Position numbers and translations under genes: made by a program
DNA from: Acidimicrobiaceae bacterium
GTDB taxonomy: Bacteria > Actinomycetota > Acidimicrobiia > Acidimicrobiales > Aldehydirespiratoraceae
Length of the DNA: 64,000 bases
Direction: 5' to 3'
Assembly (NCBI GenBank): GCA_009844405.1
Contig: VYBO01000138.1
Location: 1,514 to 65,513, forward strand
The notes under the pieces: generated by a model
Told to the model about the DNA's origin: nothing
What the model saw: only the letters and a program-made list of their open reading frames with translations
The model's database searches: none
Shown here: in pieces, positions 51,143 through 60,623 of the stretch
Position numbering within the stretch: position 1 is the stretch's first letter
How the letters are laid out: each line of letters starts with the position of its first letter

Positions 51143-51877
51143 GTGCCCACGGCCATCGTCACCGGCGGAGCGAGAGGTCTGGGACGTGTCTACTGCATGG
51201 CCCTGGCCGGCGACGGGTTCGACATCGTCGTGGCCGACCTGCTCGACACCGCCGAGGCCGTCGAGGAGATCGAGGCCGGTGGCGGCCGGGCCATCGGCTG
51301 CCGCACCGACGTCAGCTCCGCGGCCGACACCGAGGCTCTGGCCGCGGCCGCAGCCGGCGCGTTCGGCACCATCGACGTGCTGATCAACAACGCCGCCTAC
51401 TACTCCCAGATCACCCGCAGCCCGTTCCACGAGGTCTCGCCGCAGGAATGGGACCGGGCCTTCGAGGTCAACGTGCGGGGCGCCTGGCTCATGTGCTGCG
51501 CGGTCTACCCCTGCATGAAGAAGCAGGGGTCGGGGAAGATCATCAACATCTCGTCCACCACCTGCTTCAAGGGCACGGTCGGCTTCCCCCACTACGTGGT
51601 GAGCAAGACCGCCCTCATAGGATTGACGCGCTGCCTGGCCACCGAACTCGGTCCCGACGGCATAACGGTCAACACGGTCAGCCCCGACCTGATACCCAAC
51701 CCGTCGCTGCGTCCCTCCGACGCCGCCAGCGACGAGTTCGTGGTGGCCGGGCGGGCCATCAAGCGCACCCAGGCGCCCGAGGACATGGTCGGAACCATCC
51801 TGTACCTCGCCGGGAGCGCCTCCGACTTCGTGACGGGCCAGAACATCGTGGTCAACGGGGGCGCCTTCTTCCAGTAG
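51143..51877 (+). CDS. short-chain dehydrogenase/reductase
   Basis: TGGARGLG, NNAA and Y...K (YVVSK) motifs. GTG start 8 nt after GAAGGGAG. Confidence 0.85.
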   Translation: MPTAIVTGGARGLGRVYCMALAGDGFDIVVADLLDTAEAVEEIEAGGGRAIGCRTDVSSAADTEALAAAAAGAFGTIDVLINNAAYYSQITRSPFHEVSPQEWDRAFEVNVRGAWLMCCAVYPCMKKQGSGKIINISSTTCFKGTVGFPHYVVSKTALIGLTRCLATELGPDGITVNTVSPDLIPNPSLRPSDAASDEFVVAGRAIKRTQAPEDMVGTILYLAGSASDFVTGQNIVVNGGAFFQ

Positions 51878-51974
51878 ACCGCCTGCCACCGCCTGATGAC
51901 CCGGTGACGACGGATTGCGGATGACGACGGATTCGCCGAAACGCCGGATCAGGAAGGCGGGTCGGGGCCTGCGG

Positions 51975-52562
51975 CTAGCTCCTAACCCTCAGCAGTTCCA
52001 GCAGGGCTCGCAATGCTCGGGCGCGGTGGCTCATGGCGTTCTTGGCGGCCGGGCCCATCTCCGAGAAGGTGAGGCCGCCGGCCTCGGCCGGCGCGAACAC
52101 CGGGTCATAGCCGAAGCCGCCCGTGCCTCGGGGCTCCGTGGTGATGGCTCCCTCAACGGCGCCCTCAGCCGACAGGCTGGTGCCGTCCGGGAAGCAGACC
52201 GCGGCCACGGTCCGGAACTGGGCTGTCCGCTGCGATGGCGGCACGTCACGCATCTCGGCCAGCAGCCGGGCCAGGTTTTCGGCGTAGCCGGCGCCGGGGC
52301 CCGCGTACCGGGCCGACCACACTCCGGGGGCTCCCCCAAGGGCATCGACCTCCAGGCCCGTGTCGTCGGCCAGAGCCGCCGCACCCGCGAAGTCGCAGAC
52401 GGCCCGGGCCTTGAGGATGGCGTTGCCCTTGAGGGTGTCGGCGTCCTCGACTACCTCGCCCATGCCGGCCGGGCGGGGCAGCAGCACGGCCTGGCCCTCC
52501 AGCGCCACGGCCATCTCGGCCACCTTGTCGGGGTTGGCGCTGGCGCAGACCAGCTCGATCAT
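51975..52562 (-). CDS. rdgB: non-canonical purine NTP pyrophosphatase (RdgB/HAM1)
   Basis: [23 protein letters not shown] and GFGYDP.F motifs. ATG overlaps the rph stop. Confidence 0.85.
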   Translation of the reverse strand: MIELVCASANPDKVAEMAVALEGQAVLLPRPAGMGEVVEDADTLKGNAILKARAVCDFAGAAALADDTGLEVDALGGAPGVWSARYAGPGAGYAENLARLLAEMRDVPPSQRTAQFRTVAAVCFPDGTSLSAEGAVEGAITTEPRGTGGFGYDPVFAPAEAGGLTFSEMGPAAKNAMSHRARALRALLELLRVRS

Positions 52563-53299
52563 CTGGCAGGAGGCGGGCTTGCGAGCATTGACCGCTGCGC
52601 GGCGACGATCTCCGAGATCCCCTTCGAGGCCAGGTCGAGGAGCTCGTCGAGCTGGGACCGCGTGAAGGGCCGGCCCTCGGCGGTGCCCTGCACCTCCACC
52701 AGCTCGCCGTCGCCGGTCATGACCACGTTGAAGTCCACGTCGGCGCGGGAGTCCTCGGAGTAGGGCAGGTCCAGCAGCGACACGCCGCCTATCAGGCCGA
52801 CGCTCACCGCGGCGCACTCCCCCGCCATCGGCGACGCCTTCAGGTCGCCGGCCTGCATCAGCCGGGTCACCGCGTCGTGCAGGGCCAGGTAGCCCCCGCA
52901 TATCGACGCGGTGCGGGTGCCGCCGTCGGCCTGCAGCACATCGCAGTCAACGATCACCTGGCGCTGCGGAAGCGCGGCCAGGTCGACGACCGTCCGCAGC
53001 GACCGGCCGATGAGGCGCTGGATCTCCTTGGTGCGGCCGCCCACCCGGCGCGACACCCGCTCCGGCGAGGATCCCGGCAGCATCGAGTACTCGGCGGTGA
53101 GCCATCCGCTGCCGCGCTCGCGCATCCACCGCGGCACGCCTTCGTCGATCGACGCCGTGCACAGCACCCGGGTGGCCCCGAACTCGGCCAGCACGGACCC
53201 GCCGGCCATGGTGGTGTAGTCGCGCCGGAACCTCAGGGGTCGCAGCTCGTCGGGCCTGCGACCGTCGGCGCGCCGGCCGCCGGCGTCGATGGCGGTCAC
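52559..53299 (-). CDS. rph: ribonuclease PH
   Basis: GR...ELRP......GS......T.VLC....[11 protein letters not shown] and [16 protein letters not shown]. Confidence 0.9.
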   Translation of the reverse strand: MTAIDAGGRRADGRRPDELRPLRFRRDYTTMAGGSVLAEFGATRVLCTASIDEGVPRWMRERGSGWLTAEYSMLPGSSPERVSRRVGGRTKEIQRLIGRSLRTVVDLAALPQRQVIVDCDVLQADGGTRTASICGGYLALHDAVTRLMQAGDLKASPMAGECAAVSVGLIGGVSLLDLPYSEDSRADVDFNVVMTGDGELVEVQGTAEGRPFTRSQLDELLDLASKGISEIVAAQRSMLASPPPAR

Positions 53300-53309
53300 T
53301 GCAGGTGCC

Positions 53310-54059
53310 TCACACCGTCATGACCAGACCGGGGCGGGCCACGTCGACAGGGCCGGAAAAAGCCTCGAAGGCCTCGGCCAGCTGCGCGGCAGGGTCGCAT
53401 CCGGGGGCCAGATGGGTGAGCACCAGACGCTCGGCACCGGCCGCGGCCGCGGCCCGGGCCGCCTGCCGGGCGCTCATGTGCGGGATGCCCTCATCCTCGT
53501 GCTCGCAGCCGTGGCTGGCGTCGCACATGGCCAGGTGGATGCCCTCGCCCAGTGACCGGAAGTCCCATTCGGGACCGGAGTCGGAGCTGAAGGCGAAGGA
53601 TCGGCCGCCCGAGTCCACCCGCACGGCCAGTGTCTCCACCGGATGGTCGGTGAGGGCGAAGCTCCACTGCTGGTCGCCGATGGTCAGCTTCGACGAGGGG
53701 TCGATCACGTGCCAGGCCAGCGGATCGGACTTGCCCGACCGCATCACGGTTATGGCCCTGTCCATGGCCCGGGTCTCAGCCGTGCCGTAGACGGGGACGC
53801 CGCTGCGGGGCACGAACCAGATGAAGACGTTGCGGATCACCGGCAGCTCCAGCCAGTGGTCGGGATGGCAGTGGGTGGCGACGATGGCGTCGATGTCGGC
53901 GAGGTCTATCGCCTCCTGGAGGGGCCCCAGGGTTCCCGGCCCGCAGTCGAGCAGCACCGCGGTGGAATCGCTTCGCACCAGGTAGCCGGTGCAGGGGTTG
54001 TCCGGCGCGGCGTAGCTGCCGCTGCACCCGAGGACCGTGACCGTGAGTGTCGGTGTCAC
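53310..54059 (-). CDS. MBL-fold metallo-hydrolase
   Basis: THCHPDHW zinc motif. Confidence 0.75.
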   Translation of the reverse strand: MTPTLTVTVLGCSGSYAAPDNPCTGYLVRSDSTAVLLDCGPGTLGPLQEAIDLADIDAIVATHCHPDHWLELPVIRNVFIWFVPRSGVPVYGTAETRAMDRAITVMRSGKSDPLAWHVIDPSSKLTIGDQQWSFALTDHPVETLAVRVDSGGRSFAFSSDSGPEWDFRSLGEGIHLAMCDASHGCEHEDEGIPHMSARQAARAAAAAGAERLVLTHLAPGCDPAAQLAEAFEAFSGPVDVARPGLVMTV

Positions 54060-54096
54060 CGGAGTACTTCGGATCGAGCGGTGTCGAGCTCGGCCC

Positions 54097-54258
54097 CTAG
54101 CGCTCCTCCTTGAAGACCACGTGCTTGCGGATCACCGGGTCGTACTTCTTGAGCTCGATGCGGTGACGGGTGTTGGTCTTGTTCTTGGTGGTCACGTAGG
54201 TGTAGCCGGTGCCGGCGGTGGACCGCAGCTTGATGATGGGACGCTTGTCGCTGGCCAT
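54097..54258 (-). CDS. rpmG: 50S ribosomal protein L33
   Basis: Not in the ORF track (53 aa). My hand translation is [53 protein letters not shown]. Confidence 0.85.
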   Translation of the reverse strand: MASDKRPIIKLRSTAGTGYTYVTTKNKTNTRHRIELKKYDPVIRKHVVFKEER

Positions 54259-54273
54259 CGCCGTCTCCTTGCT

Positions 54274-54510
54274 CTAGACCTTGCGGCCGTTGCGGCGCAT
54301 CTCGGCCACCACGCTCTCGATGCCCCGCTTGTCGATGGTCTTGATGGCCTTGGTGCTCAGGCGCAGCTTGATCCAGCGCTTCTCGCTGGGAAGGTAGTAG
54401 CGCTTGGTCTGGACGTTGGGATCCCAGCGGCGGCTGGAGCGGCGGTGCGAGTGCGAGAGCTGCTTGCCGAACTGCGGCTTCTTGCCGGTGACCTGGCAGA
54501 TCCTGGACAT
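54274..54510 (-). CDS. rpmB: 50S ribosomal protein L28
   Basis: [28 protein letters not shown]. Confidence 0.9.
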   Translation of the reverse strand: MSRICQVTGKKPQFGKQLSHSHRRSSRRWDPNVQTKRYYLPSEKRWIKLRLSTKAIKTIDKRGIESVVAEMRRNGRKV

Positions 54511-54589
54511 TCGAGAAAGGGTAGCGAGGCTCCGCCCGCGCTCCACTGGAATGTGACGGATGACCGCGGCCTGCGACGGTCCGCCGCCG

Positions 54590-55537
54590 CTAGAAGTAGA
54601 TGATCTCCGAGGCCCGCTCGGCCACCTCGTCGAGGTCGCCGGTCCAGGCCCGGCTCGAAAGGTACTTCCAGCCGCCGTCGCACACGATGAACACCACCGT
54701 GCCGGCGTCGATCCGCTCGGCCACCCGGACCGCCCCGGCCAGGGCCGCGCCCGACGACAGGCCGGCGAAGATGCCGGCGTCGGCCAGCCGCCGGGTGTAC
54801 TCCACCGACTCGCGGGGCCGCACTATGCGCTTGCCGCTGAGCAGGTCGGATCCGCCCCACTTCTCGTAGACCGGCGGTATGAAGCCGTCGTCGAGGTTGC
54901 GCAGGCCGTCGACCATCTCGCCCGCGGGCGGCTCCACGGCATACACCTCGATGTCGGGGTGGGCCTCCTTGAGGCAGGTCCCGACGCCCATGAGGGTTCC
55001 GCTCGTGCCCAGGCCGGCCACGAGGTGGGTCACGTTGGGCACGTCGCGCAGGATCTCGGGCCCGGTTGTCTCGTAGTGGACACGGGGGTTGGCCTCGTTG
55101 GCGTACTGGTACAGGAAAACCCAGTCGGGCTGTTCCAGAGCCATCCGGCGGGCCAGGCGCACCGCGCCGTTGGATCCCTCCGCGCCGGGCGACGCCACCA
55201 TGTCGGCTCCGAACACCTGCAGCATCTGGCGGCGCTCCGGCGACGTGTTCTCGGGCATCACGACCGTTATCGGGTAGCCCCGGATCCGGGCGATCATGGC
55301 CAGGGCGATGCCGGTGTTGCCCGAGGACGGCTCCAGTATCCGCTTGCCGGGGCCGAGGGTGCCGTCGGCCTCGGCGTCGAGCACCATGGCCTTGGCGATG
55401 CGGTCCTTGACCGAGCCGGTCGGGTTGGAGCTCTCGAGCTTGGCCACCAGCCGGACTTCGGGGTTGGGGCTCAACTGCGAGACGTCCACGGCGGGCGTGT
55501 TGCCGATGAGGTCGAGTGCGTCCCGCTTGAGGGCCAT
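54590..55537 (-). CDS. cysteine synthase (CysK/CysM family, PLP-dependent)
   Basis: NPTGSVKDR (PLP Lys), [10 protein letters not shown] and GTSGT loop. Confidence 0.85.
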   Translation of the reverse strand: MALKRDALDLIGNTPAVDVSQLSPNPEVRLVAKLESSNPTGSVKDRIAKAMVLDAEADGTLGPGKRILEPSSGNTGIALAMIARIRGYPITVVMPENTSPERRQMLQVFGADMVASPGAEGSNGAVRLARRMALEQPDWVFLYQYANEANPRVHYETTGPEILRDVPNVTHLVAGLGTSGTLMGVGTCLKEAHPDIEVYAVEPPAGEMVDGLRNLDDGFIPPVYEKWGGSDLLSGKRIVRPRESVEYTRRLADAGIFAGLSSGAALAGAVRVAERIDAGTVVFIVCDGGWKYLSSRAWTGDLDEVAERASEIIYF

Positions 55538-55574
55538 GTGGCGTGGTCCTGTGGTCGTCCTAATCCCGAGTATT

Positions 55575-57017
55575 TCACTCAGGATTATACCTGCGGGACA
55601 GTGCGAACGCGGCGGGCACCGTCAGCACGCAGAGCACCGCCATGGCCGCCAGCGACCAGGTGTAGGCCGAGGCCAGCGCGTCGGCCACGGCGGGGTCGAC
55701 AACGGCCTCGGCCTCGCCCAGCAGGCCCCGGACCAGCTCGGCGTCGCCGGTGCTGCGGTCGACCAGCCAGAAGATCACCAGCCCGGCGACGGCGGCGCCG
55801 TAGGCGAATCCCAGCGAGCGGATGAAGTGGTGGGCCGCGCTGACCCTGCCCATCTCGTGGGGATCGGCCCGGCCCTGCAGCAGCGCGAGGCTCGAGGTGC
55901 TGATCGTGCCGATCCCCCAGCCGACGCAGGCGAACGCCGCCAGCAGCACCGGCACCGGCGCCCCGACCCCGGCCGCCGCCGTCACCGCCACGCCTCCGGC
56001 GGAGATGACGACCGAGCCGATGAGGGCGACGGTCTGGGCCCGGAGGCGCTGCTGGAGCGCGCCGGAGACCCAGGCCGCCGTCGACCACCCCAGCGTGGGC
56101 CACAGCACCGCGAAGGCGGCGAAGGCGGCCGAGGCGCCCCGAGCGCCCTTGAGGTACAGGGGCAGGAAGACGCTGGAGCCGGTGCCGCCCGACACCGCCG
56201 TGACCCCGAGCATGTGAATGTGGCGCCAGCGCCTGCCGGTGATGTGCGGCAGGCGCACGATGGGGGTGGGGAAGCCCCGGGCGTGGCGGACGTAGAGCGC
56301 AGCCAGGACTGCGGCGGCCACCAGCAGCGCCGCGCTGTTCCAGTTGAGGTCGGAGGTCGCCAGCAGCAGGGCGACGGTGAGCACACTGAGCATCGACAGG
56401 CCTCTGCGGTCGAGGCGCTCGGCCGCGGCCTGGGCCTCCACCGGCAGCCGCCCCCATCCCACGGCGGCCGCGGCCACCGCAACCGGGAGGTTGAGCGCGA
56501 ACACGGCCCGCCACCCCAGCGTGCTCACCAGGACCGCAGCCAGCGCCGGCCCGCCGATGCCCATGATCCCCCACACCGACGACATCAGCGCGTAGGCCCA
56601 GGGCCGGACGGTCTCGTCGAACACCAGTCCGATGCACGTCAGCGAGGTGCCGATCAGCGCGCCGCTGCCCAGGCCCTGGAGGACGCGGGCCGCGACCAGG
56701 AGTTCCATCGTGGGGGCGACCACGCACATGGCCGACGTGACCAGGAAGGCCATCACCGTGAGACGGAAGGCTCGCCGGGCCCCGGCGCCGTCTATGTAGG
56801 GCCCGACCGCGAGCACCGCGATGGCCGCCGACAGGAGTTCCACCGTCACCACCCAGGGAAGCAGCGCCACCCGGCCCAGGTCGTCGCCGATGTCGGGCAG
56901 GGCGGCCGTGACCGACAGGTTGTTGTAGGAGGCCATGGCGATGGCAGCCATCAACGCCAGCGACGCAGCCCGGTACTTGGGCCCCAGAAGGCCGCGGGCC
57001 CGGGCGCGTGTCACCAC
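55575..57017 (-). CDS. MFS transporter (14-TM drug-exporter type)
   Basis: Polytopic protein of 480 aa with MFS-like repeats. Confidence 0.7.
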   Translation of the reverse strand: MVTRARARGLLGPKYRAASLALMAAIAMASYNNLSVTAALPDIGDDLGRVALLPWVVTVELLSAAIAVLAVGPYIDGAGARRAFRLTVMAFLVTSAMCVVAPTMELLVAARVLQGLGSGALIGTSLTCIGLVFDETVRPWAYALMSSVWGIMGIGGPALAAVLVSTLGWRAVFALNLPVAVAAAAVGWGRLPVEAQAAAERLDRRGLSMLSVLTVALLLATSDLNWNSAALLVAAAVLAALYVRHARGFPTPIVRLPHITGRRWRHIHMLGVTAVSGGTGSSVFLPLYLKGARGASAAFAAFAVLWPTLGWSTAAWVSGALQQRLRAQTVALIGSVVISAGGVAVTAAAGVGAPVPVLLAAFACVGWGIGTISTSSLALLQGRADPHEMGRVSAAHHFIRSLGFAYGAAVAGLVIFWLVDRSTGDAELVRGLLGEAEAVVDPAVADALASAYTWSLAAMAVLCVLTVPAAFALSRRYNPE

Positions 57018-57057
57018 CCGAAGCTATCGAAGGCGAGCAGCCGATAGAAATACGCGG

Positions 57058-58401
57058 ATGTCCGAGCCCACGCTGTTCTTCGAGGACTTCGCTCCCGGCG
57101 ATGTGATCGAACTCGGCACCTACGAGATGACCGAGGACGAGATCATCGACTTCGGCCGGCGCTTCGACCCCCAGTACTTCCACACCGACCCGCAGGCCGC
57201 GGTGGACTCGCCGTTCGGGGGGCTGATCGCCAGCGGCTGGCACACCGTCTCGGCCTGGGCCCGCCTGTGGATCGACACCGTGGTCTCGCGAGCCGACGGC
57301 CGGGGCTCGCCCGGCATGCAGGAGGTGCGCTGGTTCGAGCCGGTGCGTCCGGGCGACCTGCTGACCGCGACGGTGGAGATCCTCGACGCCCGGCCGTCGT
57401 CTCGGCATGCCGACCGCGGCACGGTGTTCATCGGCTGCAAGATGACCAATCAGCACGGCCGTGTGGTGATGAGCTGCCACGGGCGGGGCCTGTTCGGCCG
57501 GCGCCACCCGTTGAGCGAGCCTGCTGGGAGCTCGCCGGCTCCGTCGGACGCTTCCCCCGGTGACACCGTCAAGGTCCGATCGGCCGATGGTGTGGACCTG
57601 AACTTGCAGATGATGGGAGGATCGGGCCCTGACCTGCTGATCTGTCACGCCACCGGCTTCCACGGGCCGGCCTACCGGCCGCTGGCCCAGTACCTCGCCG
57701 AGCGGTTCACTGTGTGGGCCCTGGACTTCCGGGGCCACGGCTCCTCGGGCCCCGCGCCCGGCGACGACTACGCCTGGAGCGGCATGGGCGCCGATGTCGC
57801 TGCGTGTGCGGCCGCCGTCGGCGCCGAGCGTCTGTACGGGTTCGGCCACTCGATGGGCGGGGCCGCGCTGCTGCTGGCCGAGCGGTCCCGGCCCGGGACC
57901 TTCGAGCGCCTGTTCCTCTACGAGCCGATCGTGCTGCCCAGGGGCTTCTTCGACCAGCCCGGCAACAACCCGCTGTCGGCGGGCGCCCGCAACCGGCGCG
58001 AGGTCTTCGGTTCGCGGGCCGAGGCGCTGGCCCGCTACTCGAACCGGTCGCCGCTGGCGGTGATGCGGGCCGACGCGCTGGCCGCCTACGTGGAGGGCGG
58101 CTTCGTGGACCTGCCCGACGGCCGGGTGCGCCTGGCCTGCTCGGCCGAGACCGAGGCTCGCACATTCGAGGCCAGCGGCGGCCTGCCGACGGAGGAGGCA
58201 TCCGCCATCAGCGTTCCCGCGACGGTGGCGGCGGGGACGGTGATCACCGGTGTGTCCAACGCCGGGGTCTTCGCCTCCGCCATCGCCGAGGCGCTGCCCC
58301 AGGCCCGGTTCCTGAGCTTCGAGGACCTGGGCCATTTCGGCCCGCTGGAGGCACCCGGCGTGGTGGCCGCGGCCGCGGTCCGCGAACTGCTCGACGGCTA
58401 G
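57058..58401 (+). CDS. MaoC-like hot-dog dehydratase fused to alpha/beta hydrolase
   Basis: N-terminus F...FHTDP..A..SPFGGLIASGWH (MaoC). C-terminus HATGFHG...GHSMGG nucleophile elbow. Confidence 0.7.
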   Translation: MSEPTLFFEDFAPGDVIELGTYEMTEDEIIDFGRRFDPQYFHTDPQAAVDSPFGGLIASGWHTVSAWARLWIDTVVSRADGRGSPGMQEVRWFEPVRPGDLLTATVEILDARPSSRHADRGTVFIGCKMTNQHGRVVMSCHGRGLFGRRHPLSEPAGSSPAPSDASPGDTVKVRSADGVDLNLQMMGGSGPDLLICHATGFHGPAYRPLAQYLAERFTVWALDFRGHGSSGPAPGDDYAWSGMGADVAACAAAVGAERLYGFGHSMGGAALLLAERSRPGTFERLFLYEPIVLPRGFFDQPGNNPLSAGARNRREVFGSRAEALARYSNRSPLAVMRADALAAYVEGGFVDLPDGRVRLACSAETEARTFEASGGLPTEEASAISVPATVAAGTVITGVSNAGVFASAIAEALPQARFLSFEDLGHFGPLEAPGVVAAAAVRELLDG

Positions 58402-58820
58402 CCCGGGCCGTCCATCGCCACGGGCTCCTCGGTGACTTCGCCGTCGAGGATGCGGAACGACCGCAGCGACGGCTCGGCGTGGCGCAGCGACACGATCACG
58501 AAGCGCCAGGCGCCGAAGGGGTCGAAGCGGGCCGCGTCGGCGATGTCGGTGGGCGACGGGTAGTTGGTGGTGTGGGTGTGGGAGTGCATCACTCCCATGA
58601 CCGTCAGGCCGGCGTCGTCGGCAGTGCGCTCCACGTCCATCATCTCGAGGCCGTCGAGCACGTAGATCTCGCGGGACTCGGCCGCGTTGCGCATCGGAAA
58701 GAAGCGCTCGACGCGGTTCGAGCCGGGCAGCCCGGCGAACAGGCCGCAGGCCTCGTGGGGAAGTCCGGCGATGGCGTGGTCGACCATCGCCGTGTGCATC
58801 TCCGCCGACATCTCCAGCAC
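58398..58820 (-). CDS. JAMM/MPN+ metalloprotease (Mec-like)
   Basis: E..G (HEACGLF) and HSHTHTTNYPSPTD (H.H...S..D) JAMM motif, 140 aa. Confidence 0.8.
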   Translation of the reverse strand: MLEMSAEMHTAMVDHAIAGLPHEACGLFAGLPGSNRVERFFPMRNAAESREIYVLDGLEMMDVERTADDAGLTVMGVMHSHTHTTNYPSPTDIADAARFDPFGAWRFVIVSLRHAEPSLRSFRILDGEVTEEPVAMDGPG

Positions 58821-58883
58821 CGCCCCGCACCATACCGGCGGTCCGCTTCTCCCCTGCTGCGGGCACCGGTACCGTGAGCAGCC

Positions 58884-59396
58884 ATGGCGAAGTCACAGAA
58901 GCGTCGGGATGTCCCAGAAGGGGCGTCGGTGGTGTCGACCAATCGCCGCGCCCGCCGGAACTACGACGTCATCGAGACTCTGGAGGTCGGTCTGGTGCTC
59001 CAGGGCAGCGAGGTCAAGTCCCTGCGGGAGGGCAACGTGCAGATCGCAGAGAGCTGGGCCCGCATCGACCAGGGCGAGCTGTGGCTGCACAACCTGCACA
59101 TCTCGCCCTACTCGCATTCGGCGGCATCGTTCCGCTCGGAGCCGGACCGGGTCCGCAAGCTGCTGGCCCACCGGCGCGAGATACAGCGCCTGGCGTCCCG
59201 GGTCGACCAGGAGCGATTGGCGCTGGTGCCGCTCGCCCTCTACTTCAACGAGGGGAAGGCCAAGCTGGCCCTGGCCCTGGCCCGGGGGCGCACCCGGTCC
59301 GACCGCCGCCGCGACATCCAGCAACGCGACGCCGACGCCGAGGCGGCCCGCTCGATGGCCGCCGCCCGCCGGCGCCGCACTCCCCCGCCGCCATGA
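58884..59396 (+). CDS. smpB: SsrA-binding protein
   Basis: N.RARRNYDV.ET.E.G..L.G.EVKSLR and K.RKLL.H..EI motifs. Confidence 0.9.
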   Translation: MAKSQKRRDVPEGASVVSTNRRARRNYDVIETLEVGLVLQGSEVKSLREGNVQIAESWARIDQGELWLHNLHISPYSHSAASFRSEPDRVRKLLAHRREIQRLASRVDQERLALVPLALYFNEGKAKLALALARGRTRSDRRRDIQQRDADAEAARSMAAARRRRTPPPP

Positions 59397-60007
59397 GCCG
59401 CGACCAGCTCGCCTTCTGGGTGGCGGTGGTCGCCAACGGGGTGACCTTCGTGCAGATCATCCCCCAGATCGCCAGGCTGATCCGCACGGGACGCACCGAG
59501 GGTGTGTCACCCATCTGGGCCGCGGCCGGCATGACCATCAATCTGGGCTGGCTCACCTACGTGGTGGAGAACGGGTTCTGGGAGACGATCCCGTCGATCT
59601 TTGCCGCCATCTCCAGCTTCGGGCTGGCGCTGTTCCTGCTGTACCGCAACGGTGTGAGTGTGCGCGCCTCCCTGCTGGTAGGCGCCGGCGTGATAGTGGC
59701 CAGCGTGGTGATCCAGCGGGCGGCGGGCTGGACGGTGCTGGGGACGGTGCTGGGCCTGTCGAACGGGCTGTATCTGGGACCAGCGTTGATCGCGGCGTGG
59801 CGCACCTACGCCCCGGTCGGGATATCGCCCGGCACTTGGTGGCTGACCGTGTTGGAGGGCTTCAAGTGGGGTCTCTACGGAGTGTTGGTGGCCGCGGTGC
59901 CGATCGTGGTGTACGGGTCGACCGCGATCCTGCTGGCCGTCGGGGTGCTGTTGCGGCTGTGGCTGACCCGCGACCGTATCCGCGCCGCGCTCAGTCCCGG
60001 GGCCTGA
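59393..60007 (+). CDS. PQ-loop/SWEET-like membrane protein
   Basis: FVQIIPQIARLIRTGRTEGVS PQ motif, about 6-7 TM helices. ATG overlaps the smpB stop. Confidence 0.55.
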   Translation: MSRDQLAFWVAVVANGVTFVQIIPQIARLIRTGRTEGVSPIWAAAGMTINLGWLTYVVENGFWETIPSIFAAISSFGLALFLLYRNGVSVRASLLVGAGVIVASVVIQRAAGWTVLGTVLGLSNGLYLGPALIAAWRTYAPVGISPGTWWLTVLEGFKWGLYGVLVAAVPIVVYGSTAILLAVGVLLRLWLTRDRIRAALSPGA

Positions 60008-60074
60008 GTGTCGGTGGCGGCGAGTATCATGGTTGGTCCCTTCGGGGACAGCAGCTTGAAAAGAGACTGCACGA

Positions 60075-60471
60075 GGGGCTGACCGGTTTCGACGTCGGGA
60101 CCAGGAGGCCGCGGAGTGCGACCGGAGTTGCTCAGACTCCTTAAACGGGGCAACCAAAGAGACGCCGAAGACGACGCTCTCGTTCTCGTCGCCTGATCAG
60201 ATCTGATCTAGCATTTGAGAATCATCGCGACCAGCAATGGCACGCGGGGCCGGACCGCTGCAGCCTGGCACCAGAAGCAGGGGTGGACGACGGGGAGAGA
60301 CCCGCTGACAGCCGGCAAAGACCGCTGACACCGGAGAAAGATCCGGCGGCCGGATCCTCGGATCCGCACGACCCGGCGTAGCGGCAGCCGCAAGCCGCAG
60401 ACTCGGGAATGGTCGTAGCGAGCCCGGCATCCGCCTGACGGACGGGAGTTCGATTCTCCCCAGCTCCACCA
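60075..60471 (+). ncRNA. ssrA: tmRNA (SsrA)
   Basis: 5' GGGGCUGACCGGUUUCGAC. 3' T-arm GGGAGTTCGATTCTCCC plus CAGCTCC-ACCA, forming an acceptor stem with a G3-U pair. Internal tag frame GGC AAC CAA AGA GAC GCC GAA GAC GAC GCT CTC GTT CTC GTC GCC TGA (60149-60196). Follows smpB. Confidence 0.9.
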
Positions 60472-60623
60472 CTCCAAACCATATAACCCCAGGTCACAGG
60501 GCAAAAATGGCGGGCTCGATAGCTCGCAATGTTGGTTACAGTGTCACTGTTGGAGCGTCACGGCAGCCCCGGAGGTGTGGCAGAGATGTGACACTGGTGG
60601 CTGCGGCAGATTCGGACGGGCCG

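Noticed and set aside
55585-58896. 1103-aa minus-strand ORF
   Set aside because: It spans several well-supported genes (MFS transporter, MaoC-hydrolase, JAMM) in wrong frames or strands, with Arg/Pro/Gly-rich composition. It is a G+C artefact.
60539-60596. 9-bp inverted repeats CAGTGTCAC/GTGACACTG as att site or terminator
   Set aside because: A stem with a 40-nt loop and no U-tract is weak evidence. It is mentioned only as context for the tmRNA-adjacent islet.
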